From contig NC_015067.1 of NCBI RefSeq assembly GCF_000196555.1, positions 90,001 to 122,000 of the forward strand: a stretch of 32,000 bases of DNA, given 5' to 3'. Under the pieces are notes generated by a model that saw nothing but the letters and a program-made list of their open reading frames with translations, made no database searches and was not told where the DNA came from. Made by a program: the position numbers and the translations under genes. Positions within the stretch are counted from its first letter, which is position 1. Each line of letters opens with the position of its first letter. Shown here piece after piece: positions 23,455-32,000 of the stretch. The DNA is from Bifidobacterium longum subsp. longum JCM 1217. Its GTDB lineage: Bacteria > Actinomycetota > Actinomycetes > Actinomycetales > Bifidobacteriaceae.

Positions 23455-25857
23455 ATGAGTTCAACGGAAGCAACAAACGGCATCTCTCGCCGTGCTGTGC
23501 TCGCAGGCGCGGCCGCCATCGGCGGCACCATCGCCGTGGCGAGTGCATTGGGTACAGGAGTGACAACGGTGCAGGCAGCGCCATCCGTCGCTGGCACGGC
23601 AGGTGCAACGGGCGCGAACGGCGCGGGCGGCGTGGCCGTTCCCGCAGCGCAGCGCACCACGAAAAGCGCGAAGACCATTACCGACGCGCCCGCTCTGCCG
23701 GGCTGGAAGGTAGCTCCGTTCCCTCTGCGGAACGTCGCCATCACCTCGAACAGCGTGTTCGATCGTGCCAAGGAAGGGATGCTCGACTATGCACGCAACT
23801 ATCCGGTAGACCGCTGGCTGGTTTGCTTCCGTGCGCAGGCGAACCTGCTGCCTAAGGACAACACGACGCAGCCTTCCGGTGGCTGGGAGAACTTCCCCAG
23901 CGGCTCGCTAGACAAGGCTGTTGAACAGCAATGGGGCGATGCCGAATACACGCGTGGCCAGAACAAGAACGGTGCTGATGGTCTGTTGCGCGGCCACTTT
24001 GCCGGACATGCATTGCACATGCTCTCCCAAGCGTATGCCGAAACGGGGGAGGAAGCGATTCTCAACAAGATCAACGAGTTCGTCTCCGGCCTGAAGGAAT
24101 GCCGAGATTCCCTGCGCGAGATGAAGTATAACGGCAAAGCCCGCTACAGCCACCCCGGCTTCCTTGCCGCCTATGGCGAGTGGCAGTTCAAGGCATTGGA
24201 GGAATATGCTCCCTATGGCGAGATTTGGGCACCGTGGTACACGGAGCACAAGATTCTTGCCGGTCTGATTGCCGCTTACGAGTTTGCCGGTAATGCCGAC
24301 GCGCTCGACCTGGCTGAAGGCATCGGACATTGGACCTATGCGCGTCTGAGCAAATGCACCAAAACCCAGCTGCAGAAGATGTGGGACATCTACATCGGTG
24401 GTGAATACGGCGGCATGAATGATTCGCTGGTGGATTTGTACAACGTCTCCAAGGACAAGGACCGTAGCGAATTTCTTAAGGCCTCCGCATTTTTCGACAC
24501 TGACAAGCTCATTGACAACTGTGGTGCTGGTGTCGATATCCTCAACAACTTGCACGCCAACCAGCACATTCCACAGTTCGTCGGTTACGCCAAAGACGCG
24601 GCCATGGGCGACGCGGATATCGATGCTGATGCTCGTGCGCGTTATCTCAAGGCCGTTGAGGGGTACTGGGGCATGATTGTGCCCGGCCGTATGTATGCTC
24701 ACGGTGGTACTGGCGAAGGCGAGATGTGGGGGCCGGCACATACTGTGGCCGGCGATATCGGCAAGCGCAACGCGGAATCCTGCGCGGCATACAACATGCT
24801 CAAGGTGGCTCGCTATCTGTTCTTTATCGAACAAAAACCTGCCTACATGGACTATTATGAGCGCACGATTCTCAACCATATTCTCGGAGGTAAGTCCCGT
24901 GACCTCGATTCCGGCACGGCCCTCACGCCGGGCAACTGCTACATGTACCCAGTGAATCCGGCTACGCAGAAGGAATATGGTGATGGCAACATCGGCACTT
25001 GCTGTGGCGGCACCGCTCTGGAAAGCCACTCGAAGTACCAGGATTCCATCTACTTCCACTCGACGGACAACAAGGAACTGTACGTCAATCTGTTCACAGC
25101 TTCCACACTCGACTGGACCGACACCGGCCTGAAGCTCGCACAGGAAACCAACTATCCGGAGGAGGAGACCTCGACGATTTCCATTACGGCCGCGCCGAAG
25201 AGCGCCGTCACCTTCCGCATCCGCATCCCCGCGTGGAGCAAAGGTGCGAAGATCGAGGTGAACGGCAAGGCTATAGATGGCGTCACCGCTGGCGAATACG
25301 CCACCGTGGCCGGCAGCTGGAAGGTCGGGGACAAGATCGTCGTCACCATCCCGCTGCAGCTGCGCACCGAGTCGACTGATGACCGCAAGGACATCCAGAC
25401 GCTGTTCTACGGTCCCACGGTGCTCAACGCGCTCAACCCATCCACCAAGTTCATCCAACGCGGCTTCTACGAGCGCAACGGCTTGGATGGCACCATCAAA
25501 CTGGGCGTACAGAAGAAGGAAGGCACGAAGAACTACTTCATCATTGACGGCGACGAGTTCGAGCCCGCCTACAACGGCGACAACACCCCGTACCACATGT
25601 ACTTCCAGCGCAAGGACGAGTATGTGGGCTTCGCAGGCAAGCTCACCGATGTGCTGAACCCGAAGCGCCCGGCTGCACAGGACCGTAGCGAGAGCACGCT
25701 GATGGATGACATCTGGGCGGGCGCGCCGTTCAAGGACCGTGCCGCCTTCATCAAGAAGGTGCAGGAGGTCACGAAGACCTATCAAGACGAGGGGCTGCTT
25801 TCCAGTCGTGATCGTCAGGTGGTTCTGCTTGCCTCCGCTCGCGCCAAGATGAGCTGA
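23455..25857 (+). CDS. GH127/GH146-like (DUF1680, HypBA1-type beta-L-arabinofuranosidase family) glycoside hydrolase with twin-arginine signal peptide
   Basis: GAAGGAG lies upstream of the ATG at 23455. The N-terminus 'MSSTEATNGISRRAVLAGAAAIGGTIAVASALG' is a Tat signal. 'LLRGHFAGHALHML', 'NAESCAAYN' and 'GTCCGGTALE' match my memory of the E-x-C ... C-C Zn/cysteine site of HypBA1. Confidence 0.85.
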   Translation: MSSTEATNGISRRAVLAGAAAIGGTIAVASALGTGVTTVQAAPSVAGTAGATGANGAGGVAVPAAQRTTKSAKTITDAPALPGWKVAPFPLRNVAITSNSVFDRAKEGMLDYARNYPVDRWLVCFRAQANLLPKDNTTQPSGGWENFPSGSLDKAVEQQWGDAEYTRGQNKNGADGLLRGHFAGHALHMLSQAYAETGEEAILNKINEFVSGLKECRDSLREMKYNGKARYSHPGFLAAYGEWQFKALEEYAPYGEIWAPWYTEHKILAGLIAAYEFAGNADALDLAEGIGHWTYARLSKCTKTQLQKMWDIYIGGEYGGMNDSLVDLYNVSKDKDRSEFLKASAFFDTDKLIDNCGAGVDILNNLHANQHIPQFVGYAKDAAMGDADIDADARARYLKAVEGYWGMIVPGRMYAHGGTGEGEMWGPAHTVAGDIGKRNAESCAAYNMLKVARYLFFIEQKPAYMDYYERTILNHILGGKSRDLDSGTALTPGNCYMYPVNPATQKEYGDGNIGTCCGGTALESHSKYQDSIYFHSTDNKELYVNLFTASTLDWTDTGLKLAQETNYPEEETSTISITAAPKSAVTFRIRIPAWSKGAKIEVNGKAIDGVTAGEYATVAGSWKVGDKIVVTIPLQLRTESTDDRKDIQTLFYGPTVLNALNPSTKFIQRGFYERNGLDGTIKLGVQKKEGTKNYFIIDGDEFEPAYNGDNTPYHMYFQRKDEYVGFAGKLTDVLNPKRPAAQDRSESTLMDDIWAGAPFKDRAAFIKKVQEVTKTYQDEGLLSSRDRQVVLLASARAKMS

Positions 25858-25910
25858 CGTTTTCCTGCGACCAAACCGTCTCCCGTAGTGCACGACACGG
25901 CGGGAGATGA

Positions 25911-28427
25911 GTGATACAAACCATAACGCCTAACAGAAAGAATATTATGACCATCGAAAGCACTACTTCGGCCGTGAAGGGCGGTGTGGCGAAACGATTC
26001 GCCGCACTGTTCGTAGCTGCGGCCACGCTGCTGGCTGGCGGTGTCTTCTCCGTATCGGCCGCGCCGAGTGCACTGGCGGACGACGCTGAAACGAATGTTG
26101 CGCTCAATGCAGAAAAAGGCAACGACAATGCACCAGACGTTCAGGTCAGCTATGTCACTGGCTGGAACAGCACTGCTGCCATCAATGACGATAGCTTGGA
26201 CGGCAACGCCAGCTATGGCGGTTGGGGCACTTGGGGCAACACCAGTGCCAGCGAAACTGCCACTTACACATGGAATCGCGCCGTGACCACGTCCAAGTCT
26301 GTGGGCTACTACTGGACGAACGTCAAGACCGGTGATGGTGGCGTGCCGCTGCCCAAGGATGTCTCGATTGAGTATCTCAATGCTGATTCCGGCCAGTACG
26401 AGACCGTGCCGAACCTGAAGGTGGACAAGACATTCCCCGCCGACGACGAGCTCGACGCCACCAACCCGGTGTATGGTCCGTATACCTACACCTTCGACCA
26501 GGTCACCACCAAGTCCATGAAGCTTGTGGTGAACAAGAAGGCCAATGACAACAAGGGTATTACCGTCACTGAGTGGCAGGTGTTTGGTACCAGCGCTGCA
26601 CTACCAGTGGATCCGGGCGACCCAGGTGCTTTCTTAGACGTGCAGCAAGTTGCCGTGCGCACCACGCCGGGCGTGGACCCGACCTCGAAGTTGCCTGCAG
26701 AAGTGTGGGCGACACCTCAAGATGGTCCCAGCATTAAGGTTCCAGTGACTTGGGAAACCGTTCCGGCCGACGCTTATGCTACAGCTGGTACTACCGCCGA
26801 AGTCAAGGGCACTACTGCTGCCGGTACCTATGACAACATCAAAGTTGCGGCCGGTCAGGCGACGGCCACTATTGGTGTCTACGACCAGCTCAACACCGAG
26901 GTGACCGACGCGGAGTACGTCTCCACCATCACCGCTCCCGGTGTCAAGCCGGTATTGCAGGATACCGTGGCGCTGACCTACGCTGACGGCTCGGTCGAGT
27001 CGGGTCACAAAGTGACTTGGGACAGTATCCCGGCCGCCGAGTATGCTGAAGCCGAACAGGTCGGCTTCGTGGAAGGCTCTATCGAGGGTGTCGGCAATAT
27101 CAAGGCGGAAGGCACGTTCTTCGTCGTCGCGCCTTCCGACCCGAAAGCCCAGCCGATTGTTGCTATCGATTTCGACTCCGCGGCCCCCGGCTCCGGCTGG
27201 TACACCACTGCCCCGAAGTTCACCATCACCGCGCAGCGCGGCGTCTCCACCGTGCCGATAAAGACGATCGAGTACAAGATCGGCAAGGGCGAGTGGACCA
27301 GTGGCAAGGGCCCGATCAGCGTGACCGCGCAGGGTTCCGTGACCATTTCCGCCCGTGCCACCGATGAAAACGACAACAGCCGCGAGGTCTCCCAGACCAT
27401 CAAGGTCGACACCAACGTGCCGGTGGTCACCGCTAAGCAGGAGAGCAAGAACGGCAACGATGTGGTCGTCTCTCTCACCGCTGATGACGGTGCCGCAGGC
27501 TCCGGCGTGACCCGTGTGCTGTACTCCACCGGCCCGTCCAGCAACCCGAAGTCCAACGAGAACACGATGTGGGGCACCTACACCGACGAGGACAAGGTGA
27601 AGGTGCAGCTCTCCGCTGACCACGACACTTACGTGCACTTCTATGCGCAGGATGCCGCCGGAAATGAGTCCGACTACGCCAACATCAATCTCGGCAAGGG
27701 CGAAGCCGTGACCCCGACCCCGACTCCGTCTGTGGATTCCGTTGCCGTCTCCGGTGATGGTGTCAAGGATGGCAAGCTGGCGCTGGTCGCTGGTGATACT
27801 GCCCAGTTGTCGGCCGAGGTGAAGGTGACCGGTGATGCGGCCAAGACCGTGGCCTGGAAGTCCTCCGACGCGAAGGTCGCTACTGTGGACAAGGATGGCA
27901 AGGTGACCGCCGTTGCCGAAGGTACGGCGACCATCACCGCCACCTCCACGGTTGACGAGAACAAGTCCGCGTCCGTCGAAGTCACGGTAACTAAGCCCGA
28001 GGCTCCGGTTCCGCCTGCCACCGATGAGGAGCGCAAGCCTCTTACCGACAAGATCGCCGCTGTTGAGAGTGAGAAGCTCAACCAGAACGACTACACGGCT
28101 GATTCGTGGAAGGCATATGCGGATGCACTTGCTGCCGCAAAGCAGGTAGTCAAGGATCCGGCCGCAACCGCACCGCAGGTGACCGCTGCGCTCAACAAAC
28201 TCACTGCCGCACACGATGGTCTCGCCAAGAAGGATAGCGGCGAAAAGCCTGAACCGCAGAAGCCCGGTCAGCAGAAGCCTGGGCAAAACCAGAAGCCTGA
28301 CCAGCAGCAGAAGAACGCTACTACCACTGCCCCCACGGGTAGTGCGGTGGCTGCCGTTGCTGCGGCCGTAGTTGTGCTCGGCGCGGCTGGCGCCGGTCTG
28401 GTTATCTGGCGCAAGCGCCGTGCCTGA
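25911..28427 (+). CDS. secreted, C-terminally anchored multidomain surface protein with no catalytic domain recognised. Domains are discoidin/CBM-like, Big_4-like repeats, Big_2 and FIVAR, followed by a P/Q-rich stalk and a TM anchor.
   Basis: 838-aa ORF. The Sec signal is 'RFAALFVAAATLLAGGVFSVSAAPSALA'. The CBM-like region is 'NVALNA...SYVTGWNSTAAINDDS...TEWQVFG'. Big_4-like strings are 'VPVTWETVPADAY' and 'VTWDSIPAAEY'. Big_2 is 'LVAGDTAQLSAEV...VAWKSSDAKVATVDKDGKVTAVAEGTATITA'. FIVAR is 'YTADSWKAYADALAAAKQV'. The C-terminus is 'TAPTGSAVAAVAAAVVVLGAAGAGLVIWRKRRA'. The start is either the GTG at 25911 or the ATG at 25947. Confidence 0.85.
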   Translation: MIQTITPNRKNIMTIESTTSAVKGGVAKRFAALFVAAATLLAGGVFSVSAAPSALADDAETNVALNAEKGNDNAPDVQVSYVTGWNSTAAINDDSLDGNASYGGWGTWGNTSASETATYTWNRAVTTSKSVGYYWTNVKTGDGGVPLPKDVSIEYLNADSGQYETVPNLKVDKTFPADDELDATNPVYGPYTYTFDQVTTKSMKLVVNKKANDNKGITVTEWQVFGTSAALPVDPGDPGAFLDVQQVAVRTTPGVDPTSKLPAEVWATPQDGPSIKVPVTWETVPADAYATAGTTAEVKGTTAAGTYDNIKVAAGQATATIGVYDQLNTEVTDAEYVSTITAPGVKPVLQDTVALTYADGSVESGHKVTWDSIPAAEYAEAEQVGFVEGSIEGVGNIKAEGTFFVVAPSDPKAQPIVAIDFDSAAPGSGWYTTAPKFTITAQRGVSTVPIKTIEYKIGKGEWTSGKGPISVTAQGSVTISARATDENDNSREVSQTIKVDTNVPVVTAKQESKNGNDVVVSLTADDGAAGSGVTRVLYSTGPSSNPKSNENTMWGTYTDEDKVKVQLSADHDTYVHFYAQDAAGNESDYANINLGKGEAVTPTPTPSVDSVAVSGDGVKDGKLALVAGDTAQLSAEVKVTGDAAKTVAWKSSDAKVATVDKDGKVTAVAEGTATITATSTVDENKSASVEVTVTKPEAPVPPATDEERKPLTDKIAAVESEKLNQNDYTADSWKAYADALAAAKQVVKDPAATAPQVTAALNKLTAAHDGLAKKDSGEKPEPQKPGQQKPGQNQKPDQQQKNATTTAPTGSAVAAVAAAVVVLGAAGAGLVIWRKRRA

Positions 28428-28498
28428 CGTGAGGCTATTGCCCCTAGGCTAATAACAACCCAATAATTGAATACAGGTCTTATACCTGAAGTTGATCT

Positions 28499-28551
28499 GC
28501 GTCGCACTGGCTTGAACCCGAATCGATGTTCGGGCTAAGCCTGTGCGGCGC
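28499..28551 (+). terminator. long imperfect hairpin after the surface-protein gene
   Basis: GCGTCGCAC-TGGCTT-GAACCCGAA ... TTCGGGCT-AAGCC-TGTGCGGCGC followed by ATTTCGTT. Confidence 0.5.
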
Positions 28552-28594
28552 ATTTCGTTGCGGCTGTGTTGCTCATAATCCGGTATCGGAGTTA

Positions 28595-28718
28595 TTCATT
28601 AGGTCGGTTTGACGTTTATTAGGTCGGTCCTTGGTCGGAGCGGCCCTTGAAACCCCGCCGTTCCAAGGGATGGCTTCAGCACCCTCCGACCTAATGAACG
28701 AAGAAATGGCCTAATGAA
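28595..28718. repeat. 124-bp nested palindromic element (MITE/REP-like)
   Basis: TTCATTAGGTCGG (28595-28607) and TTTATTAGGTCGG (28615-28627) face CCGACCTAATGAA (28686-28698, an exact 13-bp reverse complement) and GGCCTAATGAA (28708-28718). The inner pair is CCCTTG...CAAGGG. Confidence 0.7.
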
Positions 28719-28816
28719 TGCAATCGAGGTCGTAAAGAGCCGTTGGAGGTGACGTCTTCAGTGTCATCAAGGGATTCGCCGGTTGTGCAGTATTGTTATT
28801 GTTCTGCGGCGGCTCT

Positions 28817-29680
28817 TTACCGTCGGCCTTCTAGCCAATCGAGGGCGGAAGTGACGCGGATTCCTTGTGAGACATAACTATGTTCAACCCGACTGGTTAC
28901 GTACTGTCGCTCACACGGTATACCGAGAACATTGCCAATTAAAGTGAGGTGCCGAGCGAATCGGTCATGATAGGTTTGTCCGGATTTGATTTCTATGAGC
29001 ATACGGTTGTTAGGATCGGTGAAATCCAACAAATCCACCTCGACCTTGCTGGCATCGCGGTAGAAGAATAATTGTGGCTCCTGATTGGCGTTCAAATGCT
29101 GTTTCATGGTTTCCGCAATGATGAGGTTTTCAAATATATCGCCGAACTTGGGGTGCGCAACCAGTGCTTCGACCGTCCGAATGCCCAAGAGATGGCACAG
29201 CAAGCCAGTGTCATAAAAATAGAGTTTCGGCGTTTTGACCACCTGTTTGCGTGCGTTCGTGTAGAACGGTATGAGATGGAATGCGATGTAACTTGATTCC
29301 AGAATCGACATCCATGCCTTTACGGTTCGCGGACTTACACCAAGTTCATTGGCGATGTTGGTGTAGTTTATGAGTGCTCCGGAACTGAGTGCGCAAAGAG
29401 TCAAGAATCGGCGGAAGTCAGCCAAATTGCGTACATCAAGATATTCGGAAACATCACGTTCGATATAAGTGTCGATGTAGTTCGAGAAGAACAGATTGAG
29501 CGGCATTCTCGTGTCGTAAATGCGTGGATAACCGCCTTGCAGCATAAACGTATCCGGAGTAAGGGCCTGATCCGCCTTGCATGCTTCTTGGAATGAGAAC
29601 GGCAATAACTTGACCAATAGGAAAACCCATAATCTGACATTAGCAGTGCTCGTAGGTTTCCCAAACGCACAAACTATGGC
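28817..29680 (-). pseudogene. 5'-truncated DUF4143-containing AAA ATPase (COG1373-like); the N-terminal ATPase domain is missing
   Basis: The reading frame is open from the stop at 29681-29683 but has no ATG or GTG; the track begins at a TTG. Recognisable similarity starts at 'LLPFSFQE' and continues through 'GGYPRIY', 'YIDTYIERDV', 'LADFRRFLTLCALSSGALINYTNIANELGVSPRTVKAWMSILESSY' and 'PKLYFYDTGL'. No Walker A region is present anywhere upstream. Confidence 0.7.
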
Positions 29681-29747
29681 CTAATACACAGAATTCCCAC
29701 CACCCTCCCTCTGTTGCAACGGAAGGCTTTGCGTTAGGCTAGAGCGC

Positions 29748-31199
29748 GTGACTGAATCTGTGAATACTGAACTCCGCATTGCTGTAATCGGCGCTGGCCC
29801 GGCCGGCGTCTACTCATCCGATATCTTCCTGCGCCAGCTCAAGAAGCTGGGCGAAGAACTTGGCCTCGGCACCGAAGCGCGCATCGACCTGTTCGAGAAG
29901 CTGCCGGTGCCGTTCGGCCTGGTGCGTTACGGTGTGGCCCCGGACCACCCGTCCATCAAGTTCATCGCCTCCGCGCTTGAGAAGACGCTCGACAACCCGA
30001 ACATCCACCTCTACTGCGACGTGGAATTCGGCAAGGACGTGACTCTTGACGACCTGTTGGCCCGTTACGACGCCGTGCTGTTCGCCACCGGCGCGGTCAA
30101 GGACAAGCCGCTGAACCTGCCCGGTGCCGACCTTGAAGGCGTGTACGGCGCCGCCAAGTTCGTCGAATGGTATGACGGCTACCCCACCGGTGCCCGCGAA
30201 TGGCCGCTTACGGCCGAGAACGTCGCCGTAATCGGCGGCGGCAACGTGGCCATGGACGTGGCCCGCGAACTCATGCGCAACGCCGACGACCTCAAGGTCA
30301 AGACCGACATTCCGGACAACGTGTACGAGGGCATCGGCCAGAACAAGGCCAAGGTGCTCCACCTGTTCATCCGCCGTGGCGTGGCCCAGGCCAAGTTCAG
30401 CGTGCAGGAACTGCGCGAGATGGAGAAGCTGCCCGGCGTGCAGCTCATCATCAACGAGGACGACTTCGATCTGGACGACGAGACCATCGAGGTGGCCGGC
30501 AAGGACAAGCTCACCCGCCAGATGGTCGAGGAGCTGTTCGCCATCCGCGAGATGGCCGAAGACATGGAAGACGACGGCGACGTCGACTTCGAAGGCAACC
30601 CGGCCGACCGAAAGTACTACGTGCACTTCAACTCCGCCCCCACCGAGATTCTCGGCGAGGACGGCAAGGTCAAGGCCATCCGCGTGGAGCGCACCGAAAC
30701 CGGTGCCGACGGCAAGATGCACCGCACCGGCGAGTTCACCGACTACCCGGTTGAGGCCGTCTACCACGCCATCGGTTACAAGCCCGCCGAAGCCCCCGGC
30801 ATTGCCTACGACGAGCACGGCGCCCACCTGGCCAACGCCAACGGCGACGGCCGCATCACCACCGAGGCCGACGGCGGCGAAGTGCGCGACCGCCTGTACG
30901 CCACCGGTTGGGCCAAGCGCGGCCCGGTGGGCCTGATCGGCTCCACCAAGTCCGATGCGCTCGCCATCGTGACCAACATGCTCGAGGATCTGGCCAAGGC
31001 CGCTGAAGGTGGCCGTGTGGCAGCCGACCGCGACCCCGAATCCATCGACCGACTGCTGGCCGAGCGCGGCATTCGCCCGATCGACTTCGCCGGCTGGAAG
31101 AAGGTCGACGCTTTCGAGCGCGCCGAGGGTGCCAAGGAAGGCCGCGAGCACAAGAAGGTCATCGAGCCCGACCAGATGCGCGAGCTCGCCCACGCCTGA
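29748..31199 (+). CDS. fprA: FprA-type ferredoxin/adrenodoxin--NADP+ reductase (FAD/NAD(P)-binding oxidoreductase)
   Basis: 483-aa ORF with a GTG start. 'RIAVIGAGPAGVYSS', 'PFGLVRYGVAPDHPSIK', 'VAVIGGGNVAMDVAR' and 'GWAKRGPVGLIGSTKSDA' are collinear with mycobacterial FprA as I recall it. Confidence 0.9.
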   Translation: MTESVNTELRIAVIGAGPAGVYSSDIFLRQLKKLGEELGLGTEARIDLFEKLPVPFGLVRYGVAPDHPSIKFIASALEKTLDNPNIHLYCDVEFGKDVTLDDLLARYDAVLFATGAVKDKPLNLPGADLEGVYGAAKFVEWYDGYPTGAREWPLTAENVAVIGGGNVAMDVARELMRNADDLKVKTDIPDNVYEGIGQNKAKVLHLFIRRGVAQAKFSVQELREMEKLPGVQLIINEDDFDLDDETIEVAGKDKLTRQMVEELFAIREMAEDMEDDGDVDFEGNPADRKYYVHFNSAPTEILGEDGKVKAIRVERTETGADGKMHRTGEFTDYPVEAVYHAIGYKPAEAPGIAYDEHGAHLANANGDGRITTEADGGEVRDRLYATGWAKRGPVGLIGSTKSDALAIVTNMLEDLAKAAEGGRVAADRDPESIDRLLAERGIRPIDFAGWKKVDAFERAEGAKEGREHKKVIEPDQMRELAHA

Positions 31200-31214
31200 C
31201 GGCCCGCCCACGCC

Positions 31215-31252
31215 CGTCCGGCATTCGTCCGGCATTCGTCCGGCATTCGTCC
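31215..31252. repeat. tandem repeat, 11-bp unit CGTCCGGCATT x 3.5
   Basis: Perfect copies at 31215, 31226 and 31237, plus a partial CGTCC. The repeat begins 16 nt after the fprA stop and is followed by the GC-rich hairpin CCGGCCGCG-(11 nt)-CGCGGCCGG (31255-31283). Confidence 0.85.
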
Positions 31253-31373
31253 ACCCGGCCGCGCCCCGTGCGGACGCGGCCGGGCTCGGGGCCGGACGGG
31301 CCGGGCGAATATGGGACATTTCTCGCGGCGCATATCCAGCAATCATTCAGCCTGCGATTTTAGTGTGTGCATT

Positions 31374-32000
31374 ATGGATGCCAAAGTACGGGTGCACGGC
31401 CATTTCAACGGCCTGAAGACAACGCTGCTGTTTGCCCTGATGTGGGCCATCATCATGCTGATTTGGTGGGCCACGGGCGGCAGTCGGCAAACCCTGAGCA
31501 TCTATATTGTCATCGGCCTGATTACCACGTTCGGCACCTACTGGTTCTCCGACAAACTCGCCATCGCCTCCATGGGTGCGCGGGAAGTCAGCGAACAGGA
31601 AGCCCCGGAAATCTACCAGATCGTGCGTGAACTGAGCGCCAAGGCCGGCAAGCCGATGCCGCGCATCTACATCGCCCCCACCATGAGCCCGAACGCCTTC
31701 GCCACCGGACGCAACGAACGGCACGCGGCTGTCTGCTGCACCCAAGGCATCCTGCAGATTCTCAACGCCCGTGAACTGCGTGGTGTGCTGGGCCACGAAC
31801 TTATGCACGTGTACAACCACGACATCCTGACTTCCGCCATCGCCTCTGCCATGGCCACTGTCATCTCCTATCTGGGCTATTCGCTGATGTATTTCGGTGG
31901 CGGCTCGCGAGACGACCGCGATAGTTCCGGTGGCCTCGGCCTGATCGGCGCATTGCTGAGCGTGATTCTCGCGCCGATTGCCGCGTCTTTGATCCAGATG
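31374..32000 (+). CDS. htpX: HtpX-family M48 zinc metalloprotease (3' end beyond window)
   Basis: This frame is absent from the ORF track because it has no stop in the window. My own translation reads 'MDAKVRVHGHFNGLKTTLLFALMW...PMPRIYIAPTMSPNAFATGRNERHAAVCCTQGILQIL..ELRGVLGHELMHVYNHD', with an HEXXH motif. Confidence 0.9.
   Translation, partial: MDAKVRVHGHFNGLKTTLLFALMWAIIMLIWWATGGSRQTLSIYIVIGLITTFGTYWFSDKLAIASMGAREVSEQEAPEIYQIVRELSAKAGKPMPRIYIAPTMSPNAFATGRNERHAAVCCTQGILQILNARELRGVLGHELMHVYNHDILTSAIASAMATVISYLGYSLMYFGGGSRDDRDSSGGLGLIGALLSVILAPIAASLIQM

Noticed and set aside
23908-25893. 661-aa ORF on the minus strand
   Set aside because: It is antisense to the GH127-like gene and has no motifs. 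The plus frame carries the Tat signal and the family-specific Cys motifs.
28706-29685. 10-bp direct repeat ATGGCCTAAT (28706-28715 and 29676-29685) flanking the truncated ATPase gene as possible target-site duplication
   Set aside because: A 10-mer match between two arbitrary positions in 32 kb is expected many times by chance. The left copy is simply part of the nested palindrome, and no terminal inverted repeats or transposase are associated with it.
29814-31346. 510-aa ORF on the minus strand (and the 13542..14681 +, 10938..12125 -, 17888..18997 -, 510..1424 - ORFs of the same kind)
   Set aside because: All lie antisense or off-frame to confidently identified genes (fprA, tgt, GNAT/hemolysin-III, ATPase, esterase). 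All have the Arg/Gly/His-rich composition of non-coding frames in GC-rich DNA.

Overview
This is a 32-kb chromosomal segment from a high-GC Gram-positive organism (Actinobacteria). The gene content (GH127/DUF1680 glycosidase, HtrA with Q/P/N-rich tails, YbjQ, FprA, HtpX) fits a Bifidobacterium best, but I cannot verify the taxon. Most of the window is housekeeping and envelope genes: a membrane esterase + MprF-like aminoacyl-phosphatidylglycerol synthase operon, msrAB, a GNAT, hemolysin-III, tRNA-Leu(CAG), tgt, htrA, a P1B-type ATPase, fprA and a 3'-partial htpX. Two accessory blocks stand out. (i) About 5.6-10.55 kb is an AT-richer insert. It carries a NUDIX (MutT/NudG-like) gene that directly abuts a 1092-aa PLD-nuclease/SF2-helicase/DUF3427 protein with SauUSI-like type IV modification-dependent restriction architecture. 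A divergent, very acidic 307-aa orphan ORF in the same insert runs in-frame into ybjQ. (ii) About 20.1-28.4 kb holds a LacI regulator, a tatA-tatC-tatB-like operon, a Tat-signal GH127-like glycosidase and an 838-aa non-catalytic multidomain surface protein. The non-coding oddities are: a ~190-nt imperfect-palindrome element present three times (two tandem copies upstream of msrAB, one upstream of htrA); a 315-bp nested array of nine TGTCCCGGT/ACCGGGACA motifs beside tRNA-Leu; a 124-bp nested palindrome next to a 5'-truncated DUF4143 ATPase pseudogene; and an 11-bp x3.5 tandem repeat after fprA. I saw no rRNA, CRISPR, transposase or integrase. Many long ORFs in the track are antisense or off-frame artefacts of high GC.
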